Origin: Octopus vulgaris | Taxonomy: Eukaryota | DNA: 64,000 nt | Direction of reading: 5' to 3' | Assembly (NCBI GenBank): GCA_951406725.2 | Contig: OX597817.1 | Coordinates: 116,684,001-116,748,000, forward strand | Shown: positions 39,860 to 53,268 of the stretch, one piece after another | How positions within the stretch are numbered: position 1 is the first letter of the stretch | Layout of the letters: each line of letters begins with the position of its first letter | Translations under genes and position numbers: made by a program | Notes under the pieces: generated by a model | Told to the model about the DNA's origin: nothing | Databases searched by the model: none | The model's input: the letters and a program-made list of their open reading frames with translations, nothing else

Positions 39860-40105
39860 TGCGCCCTTTTCAAGCCTAGCCAGGCTCATGGGCCCGGTTT
39901 CCCGGTTTCGATGGCGTATGTGTTCCCCAGATGGACGGGGCACCAGTCCATCACAGCGTTACTCATTTTTGCCAGCGGAGTGGACAGGAGCAACATGAAA
40001 TGAAGTGTTTTGCTCAAGAACACAATGCGTTGCTCAGTCCAGGAATCAAAACCACAATCTTACGATCATGGTGCTGAGACCCTAACCACTAAGCCACATG
40101 CTTCC
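39860..40105 (-). mobile_element. tRNA-derived SINE family D (OR2-like)
   Basis: GGAAGCATGTGGCTTAGTGGTTAGGG...GGTTTTGATTCCTGGAC head; homologous to 62992-63246. Confidence 0.85.
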
Positions 40106-40109
40106 ACAA

Positions 40110-40400
40110 TATATATATAATAAATTAATAAATAAAACATATGCATATATACATACATATATGTACATACCTACCTCTACATGTATATATATATATGCAT
40201 ATATGGGTACAGGACACCAAAAAAACGTCGATCACAATGAGAAACGCAAACATAAACACAAAACCAAGGAACTGGACATTTTTCTTAAACAACAAAAAAA
40301 TAGGGAAAAATAGAGTACAGGGCAAATAACACAAGGAAAATTCCCCTTCTTCAGTCGCCATAGTTTCATCTACTCTGCGTTTCGAAGGTGAAGGCGATAC
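40110..40400 (-). mobile_element. Family F repeat with hammerhead-like core
   Basis: Minus strand CCTTCGAAACGCAGAGTA...GGCGACTGAAGAAGGGG; homologous to 20395-20660. Confidence 0.6.
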
Positions 40401-40527
40401 ACATCTTAGATAGAAACTTTCCTTCCCGTGAAAGGCAAATTAAATAAAATTTGAGATCTTTTTGCGGAGGGGTAAAATTGGTAATAAAAACAGGACAGTA
40501 ACGACAGTACAAAATATAAGCAGTAAA

Positions 40528-40572
<45 letters not shown>

Positions 40573-42399
40573 TATTACTGTCAATCAGAAGTTTTGAAAC
40601 AGGAGGAATGTGGCATATGAAATTATTAAAAGGTTCTTCTAAATGAAAGATGCGGGACTAATGTTTAGTTCAAGGATTATGGAGAGTGCAGCAACAACCA
40701 TGGCAACTGATACAGATTCAAATGCACAAGACTGGTTTTGGTGAAAACTAAGAAACAGGCAGCAGGCTGTGAAGATCAGTAGCTGTTATGACAGTGAGTT
40801 AAAGTGAACAAAGCATTTATCACTTTACCAGAATTAAGATTCCATGAATAATGTGTAAGAAAGATGAAGCTAACAGGGGAATGACATGAACATTGAAAAT
40901 GGAAGGCACACATAATTAAAATTATAAACAAGGTGTATTGTATAAAAGCATAAAACGAATAAGCAGATGTGTGGAGCTAATTTGTGAAGCAGAGTAATTA
41001 AGCTGACATTAATATATGATGTGAATGACTATTGAGGACTTAAATATTTCTATTTGTCAGTCTTGAACCAAGATGGTTCTGTAACATTTGTGTAGATAAT
41101 GTCCCTGAATTTCCTATCATTTTGGCTTCCATTCACTGCATATAGGTTAACTCTCCTTTCAAACACTCCTTTGTTCTACCTACTGCATGATCTGGACAGA
41201 GATTTTGTCAGGAGATGTTTTCTTGTGAATATTTTATTGTGATTAGTGAGAAATTTTCCGGGAAGCAACTTTGTTTTGCATTATGCAATTGATAGTAAAT
41301 TAAGTAATAGTAGACCAAGATGGTCACAATGTAGACAATGGCACATGACTTGGATGCAGCCTGGTCCACTTAGACTGAAAGGATTTGAAGGCTGAAAAAC
41401 TTGCATGAAGTGGGGGATTCTTCTCTGAAGACCATCAGCTGTTCAGCTCACCTTAGAATTTCTTTCTGCTTATTGAGATCAGTTAAGTCAAGTATATTTC
41501 ACTCCAATATATGATGACATTGTGAATACTCAAATGTAAAATATATTACAAGTGAACATATAAGTATTAAAGGCAAAAACTGCCAATGGAGAGAATGTTA
41601 TAAGTTGTGACTGAATGAGAATTGTTGATAACAAGGCAAAGGGAAGTGAATAGGGGACACATGAAATTCTTTATAATCTGGTAATCAGATATTTTATGAT
41701 AACTAAAATTTTGAAATAAGTCTTAATACTTAAAGGATTTTGTTGTGCATTCTCATCAGAAGTTAATTTAGGGTTTGACCAATGATATTCATTGAAGTGA
41801 ATGAATATAGATGTGTTTGGATGGACATCAGTATCCTCAATGCTGGTCTCAATGACATTCTTGTGAGTGGCAAATCTCCACCTTCATAGGATTGTGTCTG
41901 TTTAATCTGATCCAACTGAAAATAATTCACTCATGAAAATCCCAACATTTTAAGAGTCTGTAGGCCTACATGAGAGTAAGGTGTGATATGAGAGAGATTT
42001 GACAGTTATTTCGAGTAGGTCATCAACCATCTAGTGGAGTGGTCTTCATTGGCTTCACATAATATTGAGAATTTGTGCAATCATGAAATATAGGCATTTA
42101 ATATAGATTATGACTGTGATTGTACGGGGGAAAATAATATGAATAGTGAAGTTATATAATAGGTTTAAGTACAGTTTTGCAGGCACCAAGTTGACTTCAC
42201 AATTTCATGGCTTTGGATTTCATCCTGTTACACAACAATTAGGCAAAAAAGTGTCTTCAACTGAAGCTTTTAGTTGATCAATGAACTGTGAGTGAAATTT
42301 GGAAAATGCAAACTGTGAAGAAGCCTATAATATATATATATGTGTGTGTGTGTGAGTTTGCATGCATAGTTATGTATACATAGATTACAAAGGTCCCCC

Positions 42400-43500
42400 A
42401 GGAATTCTCTGTAGTTGAAAAATTGGGACCTGAACCAGGAAATTTTGACATACAGAATCTGAAAATGACATCAGTTTATTACCTTCCCAAAGATATGGAC
42501 CCAAAGAATTTCATTGTTTATTTCAATAAAACAGTTTATGAGGAACAGGTCATAACTTACAAACATGCATAGGAATTAGAACATTTTATTAAAATGCTAT
42601 AGAAAAACTAGTAATACTTTTAAAGTTTCTACAGACAAATTACATCCTTCTTTGTGCCTAATTTCCCACAGATTGGCATTTGGATAATTTTCATGAACAC
42701 TGAACACCAGAATGATCATGATCCAAGTTTCAGCAATAGTTCATCATCATAAAGAATGGTTTTTTGTCTTGATACCTTTGTTCCATTGATTCTAGGTCAT
42801 GATGGAAACATTCTTCCTGCTTGTCATTTGTGTTACCAAGATTTTCAGGGAATTTATCAAGGTGACTGTGGGAGTAGTGCAGCTTTATACTCAAATTTGC
42901 TCCCAACTTTTGGAAGTTCTCTATCATACTGTTGACTATTTTGACATAATTGTCTGCTTTTTTGTTGCCCAGGAAGTAGGCTACAACTATTACAAATGAA
43001 TTCCATGCTGCTGATTCAATGCAATTCATTGAAATTTTTAAAATTTGAGGCCCATCAGTTACTCTAGCTTTTATCTTTTCACTGCTCAGATCAGGAAATA
43101 TGCTACAGGTATAGTGAAGGCATGGTCCATCCTTTACTAAGAGCTTAAACAAACTGCTTCATAATGCCATATTTGATATTGAGTGAATGTAGGATGTTTT
43201 TTCTCGGTTGAACGAAAAGCTTTTTGACCACATTATAAAACTCTGAAAGCAATGTTTGCTGTGGCCATCTTTGATTTTCTGATGTTTTATCCCTCTCTGT
43301 GGTCCCACAACCATAAAAAGCATAGATAATTGGTGCATCCACTATGTTGCCTCAAGGAAAAATTGACCATGCATGTCGCCCATTAATGATTGGTAGTGTT
43401 TGGTTATTTTGAAATTTAGAGATGATGGTAAGAGATGGGTTCCATATTTACATTCAGCATATCAAAAAATCTCGCATCAATTCAGGAAAAAATGTCATGG
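42400..43500 (-). mobile_element. Chapaev3-like (CMC) DNA transposon, pseudogenized transposase
   Basis: NIKYGIMKQFV (frameshift) FPDLSSEKIK...GPQI...AWNSF...FLGNKK...SIKLHYSHSHLDKFPENLG...ECFHHDLESMEQRYQ...YC. Family assignment is from recalled motifs. Confidence 0.75.
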
Positions 43501-43544
43501 AAACAAAATATCTGCAGATTTGTTATCAACAAATATATACATAT

Positions 43545-43563
43545 ATGTATGTATGTATGTATG

Positions 43564-43597
<34 letters not shown>

Positions 43598-43811
43598 TGT
43601 ATGTATGTATGTATGTTTGTATGTATGTATGTATGTATGTTTGTATGTACGCATGTATGCATGTATGTATATATGTATGTATGTATGGATGGATGGATGT
43701 TTATATGTATGTATGTATGTGTGTATGTGTATGTATATATATACATATATCTGTGTGTGTACGTACATATATATATATACGTATGTATGTGTGTTTGTAT
43801 ATACATGTGTC

Positions 43812-43853
<42 letters not shown>

Positions 43854-43880
43854 CACCCATGTACATATATATATTTTCAA
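43545..43880. repeat. (TATG)n/(TA)n microsatellite
   Basis: Seen directly. Confidence 0.95.
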
Positions 43881-44517
43881 ATATGTATTCAATATATATA
43901 TGTATACATAGCTAAATATGTGTGCATGTATATTTCTGAGGATGCTCATGCACTTGTGAATGTGAGTACATGTACATGTGATTATTGACAGAATGCACCT
44001 GTGCAAGTGGTCTCATATTTTCATTTCCTGTAAACAATATATCCTGTAGCTATCCACTTTCAAAGATCAGCGGAATAAAAAACAAAAATTTTACTTGTAA
44101 AAGAGGTAATTGATAGTGACAGGAAAGACATTCAGTCCTAAAATACTGCCTAAATATGTCTCCACTCAACCCATTCCAGCATGATAAATCTACTAAAAGT
44201 GAACACTGAATACATATTTGTAAATATCAGGATTGTGGTTTATGTTCCATTATATGAAAAAAAAAAATAGCAATTTAACCATTCAGTAAATAGGGGTTGT
44301 GAAACAATGTAACAAGCAAAGCAAATATTGCAGAAATATCTATTATTATTTATCAACATCCTATATTATACTGCACAGTGTGTTCTCTGTTAGGGTATAT
44401 TTTAAAAACATATAAGGATTTCTATGAGAATGGGTTGCATTCATCGTTTCCTGCGAAATGAACACTGAATGATCTCCCATGTTACATGTCACAGCACTAG
44501 ATAATAAATTTAGACAT

Positions 44518-44780
44518 AGGTAGATAGATATTTAGATAGATAGGTAGATAGATAGATAGATAGATGGATAGATAGGTAGGTAGATAGATGGATAGGTAGA
44601 TAGGTAGATAGATAGATAGGTAGATAGCTAGATAGCTAGATAGATAGGTAGATAGCTAGATGGATAGATAGATAGATAGTTAGGTAAGTAGGTAGATAGG
44701 TAGGTAGATAGATAGATAGATGGATAGGTAGGTAGATAGATGGATAGGTAGATAGGTAGATAGATAGATAGATAGATAGG

Positions 44781-44839
<59 letters not shown>

Positions 44840-44905
44840 GTAGGTAGATAGATAGAGATACATAGATAGATAAACAGATAGATAGAGAAAGAGAGAGAGA
44901 GAGAG
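44518..44905. repeat. (GATA)n/(GGTA)n microsatellite
   Basis: Seen directly. Confidence 0.95.
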
Positions 44906-45005
44906 CGAGTATATTTAGTTGTTACTTTATTAATCTGGAATGGTGAAAGACTAAGTTTATCATGGCCAGATTTGAAATTATGCCGTACATATCCAATACT
45001 ATTAC

Positions 45006-45117
45006 CTCAGTGTATTCTTTCAAATGCTCTATTGTTTCTACAAATTGGTCGTATTGTGAGGGATAACATAATTCCCTAAACAACTGATGAGACTCCATCA
45101 TATTCAAGGTCCAATAA
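45006..45117 (-). pseudogene. Exon remnant, S6 end / C-linker first helix (repeat II)
   Basis: Long pyrimidine-rich tract then tatcAG, 112 nt open, donor GTaata: [37 protein letters not shown] (compare 'F.E....LKEYM'). Confidence 0.5.
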
Positions 45118-45209
45118 CTGATACCAGCAAAATATACAAAATAAAAATATGAGAGAAAGAGATTATGTATCCAAAAACATTGTTCAGTATCTATAGAAGA
45201 GTTAAAGTA

Positions 45210-45645
45210 GTAAAGTGTCAGAACCGTTTGAATGCCTAGCATAATTCTTAGCATCCTTTTGTTCATATTTTCATTATGATCTCGAATTATGACTTTGTTT
45301 TCCATCCTTCCAGGGTCAATAAAATATTTACTAGTTGAGAGCTGGGATTGATGTAATTGACTTGCCCACTGCTCCAGACTTGTTGGCCTTGTGCCAAAAT
45401 TTGATATCATTATCTAATAATAACTTAAAGCAGTGAGCTGGTAGAACTGTTAGTATGCTGGGCAAAATGCTTAGCAGTATTCCGTCTCTTCTTATGTACG
45501 GAGCTCTAATTCCACCAAGGTCGACCTTGTCGTTCATCTCTTTGGGGTCAATAAAATATGTACCAATTGAGCACTGGGGTCAATATAATTGACTTAACTC
45601 CTCTCCTAAAATTTATGGCCTCACGACAAAATTTGAAACCAATAT
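45210..45645. mobile_element. Two adjacent SINE family B copies (minus 45210-45410, plus 45428-45645)
   Basis: Both share ggcc(t)t.g..ccaaaatttga-type family B segments, gagctggtagaa...ggtcgacc...cactggggtc. Orientation of the first, more degraded copy is uncertain. Confidence 0.55.
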
Positions 45646-45699
45646 CTCCAAGAAAAGTTTGTTACTTGTAAGCAAGTTGTAAGAAAGTGTTTGATAAAT

Positions 45700-45817
45700 A
45701 TTGAAGACATATTTTCTTTGAATGGGTATAATTAGCAAGCTTTTAAGAAGTAAACTACGAAGGAGCAAAAGCTTAAACTTTATAAATAAGATTTCAAGCC
45801 CATCACTCATGTAATTT
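45700..45817 (-). pseudogene. Exon remnant, S4-S5 linker / S5-like (repeat II)
   Basis: Acceptor tttttccagtcctatAG; [30 protein letters not shown]. Confidence 0.3.
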
Positions 45818-45863
45818 CTATAGGACTGGAAAAATCAGATGATGAGACCCTTATGGTGATGAC

Positions 45864-46007
45864 CCATCCATCCATCCATCTATCCATCCATCCATCCATC
45901 CATCTATCCATCCATCCATCTATCCATCCATCCATCCATCTATCCAACCATCCATCTATCCATCCATCTATCAATCCATCCATCCATCCATCCATCCATC
46001 CATCCAT
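45864..46007. repeat. (TCCA)n microsatellite
   Basis: Seen directly. Confidence 0.95.
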
Positions 46008-47309
46008 GCACTTTCACTGATCACTATTCTTGATAGTGTTGTGATGCTAGTGTCCTCAAGCACCTACTCCAGAGAAGCCTGTCAAAGGCAAATGTCATTA
46101 AACTTTCATGCTGGATTCCCAAGTATAATGAATCATTTAATATTATCCAACCATCTTACTTGTGGTTTACTCCCTAGGTTTCTTACAGGTTTGCTCAACC
46201 TGAAGAATCTCAACTGTGATTCTTCAAGTGTTTAGTACAGTTTTCATTTCCATATTGATCAGCTATCTAGATGTTCAGGTAGGGTTTCTGAAAATATGAA
46301 AATGGTAAACAGTAAAAGTATAAATGAAAATAACTTTCCAGCAATATCTTTCTAATTAGATTGACATTTTTTGAAAATTAATTATTTCTCATTTGAATGA
46401 AGGGAGAGAGAGAGAGAGAGAGGAAGAAGACAAGAATTTTGGCAATTAATTGTTGCATCAAATGCAATGACTGACAAGTTGTTTGGTGGTCTACGGTACT
46501 CAGAACTAGTCATTTGATTGGTCTGTTGTTACAGTTATTGATTTTAACTAGCATGCCCGAAACAACTAATTACTGTCTATCCCCTATTTTATATGAGGCT
46601 CATTGTTGGTAAAATGATTTCCGAATGGGGCTGAACATTTTGTTTGTTGTATTATTTAGAAGTCAGCCCTTGAGGTGTGAATCTCTGATCAATGCCATTC
46701 TTGCTGTGATCATCCTGTCATTTGTTCAAGATACTCAGCTAATGAGTCACTCTTAAAATGATAGGTTATATTTTGAGGGTAACTTTGTTGTTATTTCTAG
46801 TAGTGTTTGCAACCATGTTGGTGTTCATTTGTTTGCTCATGAAACTATTCCTCCATAAATTGAATAGTTGAAGAGATTAATCTACTATTAGTTTGGTAAA
46901 TGCTCAGGTTGTGCTCACATAAAATATGATTATCTTGAGGGTGATGATCCTAGTAGGTATTGATTAGAATATTTGGTTCAACTTACATTATTATATTAAC
47001 CAGTTATCTATTAGATAGTCATGTAGTGTAGCTGAAAACATGTATGATGAAAGAGACTCAACTACTAAAGTTAATACGAAGAGAAATAAGCTGGCAAGTA
47101 TATATCTATATGGTTGCTTAATTTGCCAGAAATAGCACACAAATCGACATCACATCATGCCTGTCTTAACAAATGAATGACAGATTAGATATCGTAGTCA
47201 TAGATACACTACACCTGGTAAAATGATGGGTTTGTCATTGTTAAATAGTTTTGAACATAGATGTGTTCAGCCAGGGTTTATATAAGCACTGGGGTTGATA
47301 TAATCAACT

Positions 47310-47900
47310 ACAGTGTGGTGTCAAAAGTTTTGCAATATCTTGGTAACTTATTTGCTTTATTCATCAAGTTACAACAAAAGCAGCCTAGCATTCAAGGTAG
47401 AGGCCATCGTTTTGCACCATCTGAAGCCACTTTTTGATCCATATGCTAATACCAGTTCTTGTCCTTTAGGACAAAGAAATCCTCCACTGAAGCATCAATT
47501 TCCTCTTGGCTGATGAAGCCCCGTGAGCACAGGAAGTGAGCCATGGGTTAGAACAAGAAGCTAGAACAAGTAAATATTTTCTCACAATTCCAATGTGCAT
47601 AAGTAGCAGTTAAGCAAGGGTCAACTTTTGGTGTCTGTCACCAAGCCTGGACCTTTTGAATACTAGGTGATGTTCTGTGCCTGGTGGAATTATGAAGAGA
47701 TAATTCACTATGAGTCAGTCTCAAACAGATGAACTATCAATGTCAACCTCCACTCCGAACAGCTTGAGAGGATGTGTGGTATAGTACAGAAAAAAGTATC
47801 CAGCATTGATCAACAAAATGCACAACTTTTGACTCAACACAATAGAAATCCTCAAAAGTGGTGTTACTGAAGAACTGTATTCAAAACACTGAAAGCACTA
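47310..47900 (+). mobile_element. Mariner transposon relic
   Basis: 47670-47845 translates to WWNYEEIIHYE...TINVNLHSEQLERM...KKYPALINK, typical of mariner transposases. TACAGTGTGGTGTCAAAAG is a terminus-like sequence at about 47309. Confidence 0.65.
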
Positions 47901-48299
47901 CAAAGAATAAAAGAAAGACTGTAGAATGACAACTATTCTTTACCCTATTTTTCAGTTTTAAGTCATAATTTAAACTTTTATAAAAACTAAAACACCAACC
48001 ACCAAAGATCAATTACCTGAAAAGAAGTATGTTTTAAAATAATTGAATAGAACTTTTAGTATATGCAAGAGTCTAGTTTGCAATGCTTCATTATACAAAA
48101 TTTACTGGAATGCCATAAACTGTGTCTAATGGAATATTAGTAATCGCAATTTTAAATTTCCTTTTAGGTTGCTTATCAAATAAAATACCAAACTTTATTT
48201 TCATCGAAAGTTGTATTGCACATAAGTTTTTATGATTGCCTGCTCTTCATAATGCATGTTGGTTTATTCTAAATTAAATCAATATTTAAAACTGAATCA

Positions 48300-48690
48300 G
48301 CACCAAAGCTATCCATCCAGCTTGTTTCAGTTTATTAACTCTGGCAAATTTTCTTGTAAAATTACTTCTTTGTAGAGGAATTGGTAGTTAACAATTTGGG
48401 AGTGCTGTGTATGCTGGTTTATTCACTGAAATTGTATGGTATGTATTAAAGAGCAAAGATAGCTCCTTGATGGGAAACCAAATTTTAAATTGAATTGGAA
48501 AATTTGTATGAACATTGAAGACCAAGGATATGAAATCTTAAAATTCTATCAGAATGGCAAAATGAGTGTTTTGTCAAGGCAAATTTAAAAGGATAGAGTG
48601 AACACACAATTTTGAAGTTAAACACGAGAGGAATAATTATTATACACTTAGAATATTGGGAATAATAATCCAAAAAACTGTTAGACATCT
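48300..48690 (-). pseudogene. Exon remnant, S1-S4 voltage-sensor-like (repeat II)
   Basis: Acceptor ctttccacatAG. Reads SNSFLDYY...CSLYPFKFAL (frameshift) ILIEF*DFISLVFNVHTNF ... RKFARVNKLKQ (S1 'PF..A', S2 'D.I.L....HT.F', basic S4). Confidence 0.45.
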
Positions 48691-49566
48691 CTATGTGGAA
48701 AGGAAACTTAGATATCGGTCATTTGAATATCTGTAAAACTTAACAATAAACAATACTACTGGATTTTAAAATAATTTCATAACTAAAAACACAACTTGAA
48801 TAACATTAAAACATATTTTTGTCATTCAATAAACATTTCACAGTATAAATATAACAGAGTAAATTATATCTCAAAAATTGTTCACATGTATAAACTAAAT
48901 GAGTTTCAAGACAACCAAACAAACTCTAATTTCTTAACTATTAAATTCTATGTTCTACAGATACTAATAGAATTGGTAATTTGGCAGTTAACTACTCTTC
49001 GTTTCATTTAGGAATAGAATAAATATCACTGACTCATTATATTTGTTTTTGGTCAATTCTCTTGTGAATTAGTATTAAGTATCTAATTAAGATAAGAAAC
49101 AAAAGCCAAGATAACAATCTAAGTTATTCAGATCTGTTCAGAAAGCTAATCATTCTTTATACAAGACATTCTAATGTGCTGTGAACTGTAATAGCAAACT
49201 ACTACAAGATTTGAAAGCTACAAAATTTCTACAAGAACATAGTATAATGTAATATCTGAAAGGATTTTATATTTTATACTTCATAAATAAAAATATATTA
49301 AATTTGGCACAGTAAATATTTATACATATTAAAGAAGTGAAATAATCTTTATTTTCCTGACTATATATTTTCCCCTGATGTTATCTGACATTTGAATAGA
49401 AAATTCATTGTTCTCAACCTCCTATTTGGAGGAAATTTCAAAGAGTCTTATATATTGGAGTGATATATGAATATACACTTCTCTACTGGTTAAAACCAAA
49501 CTAAAAGATTAAAAATTGGGGTAAGATAACTATTAAACCTAGATTTATCTTCCTAATGTTACCATA

Positions 49567-49731
49567 GGTGCAGAAGTGACTGTATGGTAACTAGCTTGCT
49601 TACCAACCACATGGTACTGGGTTCATTCCCACTGCGTAGCAACTTGGGCAAGTGTCTTCTACTATAGCCTTGGGCCAACCAAAGCCTTATGAGTGGATTT
49701 GGTAGATGGAAACCGAAAGAAGCCCGTCATA

Positions 49732-49784
<53 letters not shown>

Positions 49785-50007
49785 GTGTATATATGTTTAT
49801 GTGCCTGTGTTTGTCCTCCCAACATTGCTTGTCAACCGATGCTAATGTGTTTACATCCCCATAACCTAGAGGTTCGGCAAAAGAGACCAATAGAATAATT
49901 ACTAAGCTTCCAAAGAATAAGTCCTGGGGTCGATTTACTTGACTAAAGGCGGTGCTCCAGCATGGCCACAGTCAAATGACTGAAACAAGTAAAAGAGTAA
50001 AAGAGTA
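49567..50007 (+). mobile_element. SINE family A, full length
   Basis: Head, internal (TA)n and tail aagtaaaagagtaaaagagta. Confidence 0.9.
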
Positions 50008-51309
50008 TATGCCTTAACATTAACCAATAATAATTTTAGGGAAAAGCTTTATAATAAATCTCATTTATCCATTCCTAAAACAGAAAGGCTTTGTACATCA
50101 TCATTATCCTCCCCTCCTCCCCCTCCATCCCCTACCCCTCCTCATTATTATCATCATTTAATGTCTATTTTCCATGCTAGCATGGGTTTGATAGTTTGAC
50201 AAGAGTTGGTTAGCTGGAGAGCAGCCTAGGCTCCATTTGTCTACTCTTACATGGCGCAGGCATGTGTGCTTTTTACATGGTGCTAGCATGAGTGCTTGTT
50301 TTGTGATACTATTATGTGTGCTTTTTTATGTGGCACTGGCATGAGTCAAAATAATAAAAAGCATAGGCACTACAGTTTATGAAAAGGAAATATAATTTCG
50401 TTTTAGCAGCAATAATAACAGATTGTGAATAACTTTGAGCAATAGATACTAAAGCAAACTGGCACTTTGGAGTGGCGAAATGCAAAATTGTTTTAACCCA
50501 TTAGTGCCCAACTTGTTTTATTTTATTTATTGTCAAAAATCATTTTTTATAAAAGCTTTATCTGATACTAAATATATAAAAAAATTTTATTACAATATTT
50601 GAAAGACACTCCAGTCATGATGCCTAACTCAAGATATTTCAGAATAATACAGGTGTTTCAGAAATATGATGGATTATTCTTCTGGTCCTAAAAAGAGGAC
50701 CATGGGTGCTAATGAGTTAATTGAAATTTGTATTAGTACAAGACGTGTAGGAAGTGGCTTGAATTAAAGCTGAAAGATGATGGAATTACACCTATTGTTT
50801 CAACATACCAAATTTTGTGGTGATGGTGGTGGTGGTGGTGGTAGTTGTGGTGGTGAGAAAGGAATTCTGCAAAACCAAACATGAGTATTTCAATCTGGAA
50901 ATGAATTAATTTCTTTTAATTAAACATTCATAGTATTGATAGAAATGTTACAGTGGTTTCATAATATTTCACAATGGTCTCAAGAAAATAAAACGGAACA
51001 ATTAATAATTATGATGAAGACAATGAAGCACTGCTATGTTTTCAAAGTATGGGTCTTCGGTTTCAATCATGTAACATTGCAGAGAATATGATGAAGACTT
51101 CCTGAATTAAAGGTTTCAGCTATTAATTAAAGATTTTGTTTGTTTGAAACGAATTTCCCTCAGCTATTACCACTTCTATGGCCAACTGATAATTTGAACA
51201 CTGCCTAAGCAAAACAAAATGCCTGTCATCCTTCTACATGAACACCTATTTTATTAATCTCTCTGCTATTTCATCTCATCTACTTGATGTCACACCTACC
51301 CATTTTGTC

Positions 51310-51415
51310 TTGAATGACTAATGTTCTCCTTGATGTCTAATGATCTCCTTGATGACTAATGTTCTCCTTGGTGACTAATGTTCTTGATGACTAATGTTCT
51401 TGATAACTAATGGTT
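51310..51415. repeat. Minisatellite, 16-19-bp unit TTGATGACTAATGTTC(TCC), about 6 copies
   Basis: Seen directly. Confidence 0.85.
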
Positions 51416-51426
51416 TTCTTTCTAAC

Positions 51427-51752
51427 CTATGCAGGCTGCTTATATCATATATAAAGGTGCATTCCTCTGTATTGTTCACACAGCCTAAATCTAAATCCCA
51501 GCAATCATCAAATGGTTCACTCAAAACCGTACTGCAGTATCTCATAGAAAGAACACTGTCTACAATTACTAGGTGATTGATAATTTACTATTGCTTACAG
51601 AGGTCAAAGGATGCTATCTGGGAATAAAGGTATAATTTCATTCATTGCACTGGTTTCAAGCTTCATCCAATGCCATCCCAGAAAGCAGCATAATATCCAT
51701 TCACTTGCCAACTGGAGCTCATTGCTTAACCTGATATTAGAAGCCGATGCTG
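51427..51752 (-). pseudogene. Exon remnant(s), C-linker plus CNBD start (repeat I)
   Basis: ttccAG|QHRLLISG*AMSSSWQVNGYYAAFWDGIG*SLKPVQ*MKLYLYSQIASFDL, then TVFFL*DTAVRF*...LHR|GTtaga (compare 'V..YY...W', 'EI..DL', 'F.DT...F.', 'IHRG'). Confidence 0.5.
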
Positions 51753-53268
51753 CTGGAACATTCAAAATACAAAAGTAAAGGCTTGAAATACAGTTCTTGT
51801 AGACACTTCCCAAAAACCTAATGATATGGTAAGACTGGTAAATATTCCATCAATAACATATATGAAGTAGAAATACACACACACATGCACATGAAAATAT
51901 AAATTTCTTGTGTGGCTGCATGCATACATGCATATGTACATGCATGTATACATACATACATACATACATATGTACATACATACATACGAACATACATACA
52001 TATATAGAAACTTACATACATACATATATACTCAGTACAGACTTTCAGTTTCCATGTATCAGATCTACTCATCTGGCTTAGCTACGCCCAGGGCTTTAAT
52101 GAAAAAACACTTGTCTAATGTGCCATGCAGTGAATTTGATCTCAAAATCATCAGAACCATGTGGTTCAATAGCCAACGTCTTGCCACACAACCATGACAC
52201 CATGTATTTTTCAAAATATTTGTTATGCCACCTACATCAGAAATATCCCATTGGACATGCTAGAAACAACAGGTAAAGGACAGGATTTCTGGGAAAAAAT
52301 CCCTTTAAGTTTATATCGAAGATCAGGTTTTTAAATGCACCTCATCACAAAGACAAATTACAGAATAGAAAATGGTAATTTCAATCGGATTTGTAATTTT
52401 GCGCGTGGACTCAGCAAGAAATAACATAATTCGTACAGAGGTTTTACCTAGAGTATGTGTGTGTGTGTGACAAAAGAAGTTATTTTAAGGCATTCTTTCG
52501 TTTGAAGCGGGAAAGTTGTCAACTCGACCATATGCTCGATCATATGGGATCATATGATCGTTCGTTAATTTCCATGATTTTTTAAATTTCTTTATGCTTT
52601 GAAGAGAGCAGAAATTGAAAGAGAGGAGAAAGTGAAATGGTGACATTTACTTTCAAGTGAGAGCAGAAAGTGAAAGAGAGGTGAAAGTGGGCAGAAAATG
52701 AAAGAGAGAAAATGAAAGATGTATATACGTGAATATGAAATGAACGTGTGTGTGTGCGTGTGCGTGAGAGAAAGAGAGAGTGAGAGATGGTGTCTATTGT
52801 CATGTATGTATTTTTTGCATGTATGTGTCAGTGGTGCTCACTCACTGGCTCTCTCTCTTTCTCTTTCTCTCACATACACACATTATCATTTATATACACG
52901 TACATAAATACACATGCATACATGTTTTTTGTATGTGCATGTGTATGAGCGTGTGTATGTGCGTGTGCATGTGAGAATGAGTGAGTGAGGGAGTGTATTC
53001 CCTCATAGCATAAGGAGAAATGGATGTCTTTTAATGAAATTGTATTGGTAGTGGCTTATTTTGAAACAATATTTATGTGTATATTTTCATAAATGTTTGA
53101 GTAGAATTCTACGTATGTGTGAAATATTGGACGAAAGTGAAGCATTAGAAGCAAATCGAAATATTACTCGAAAATGACCTGAAAATGACCTCGTTTCCGA
53201 GGTTATTTTAGTTGTAAGAAAGAGTTTTTGTAACAAAAACATTTTTTATTTGATAGCGTTTATATTAT

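Noticed and set aside
44922-45410. 162-aa ORF as a single gene
   Set aside because: Chimeric: its N-terminal part is SINE and intron sequence, and only 45006-45117 is exon-like.
51310-51415. CRISPR-like repeat array
   Set aside because: Contiguous tandem units with no unique spacers, in eukaryotic DNA.
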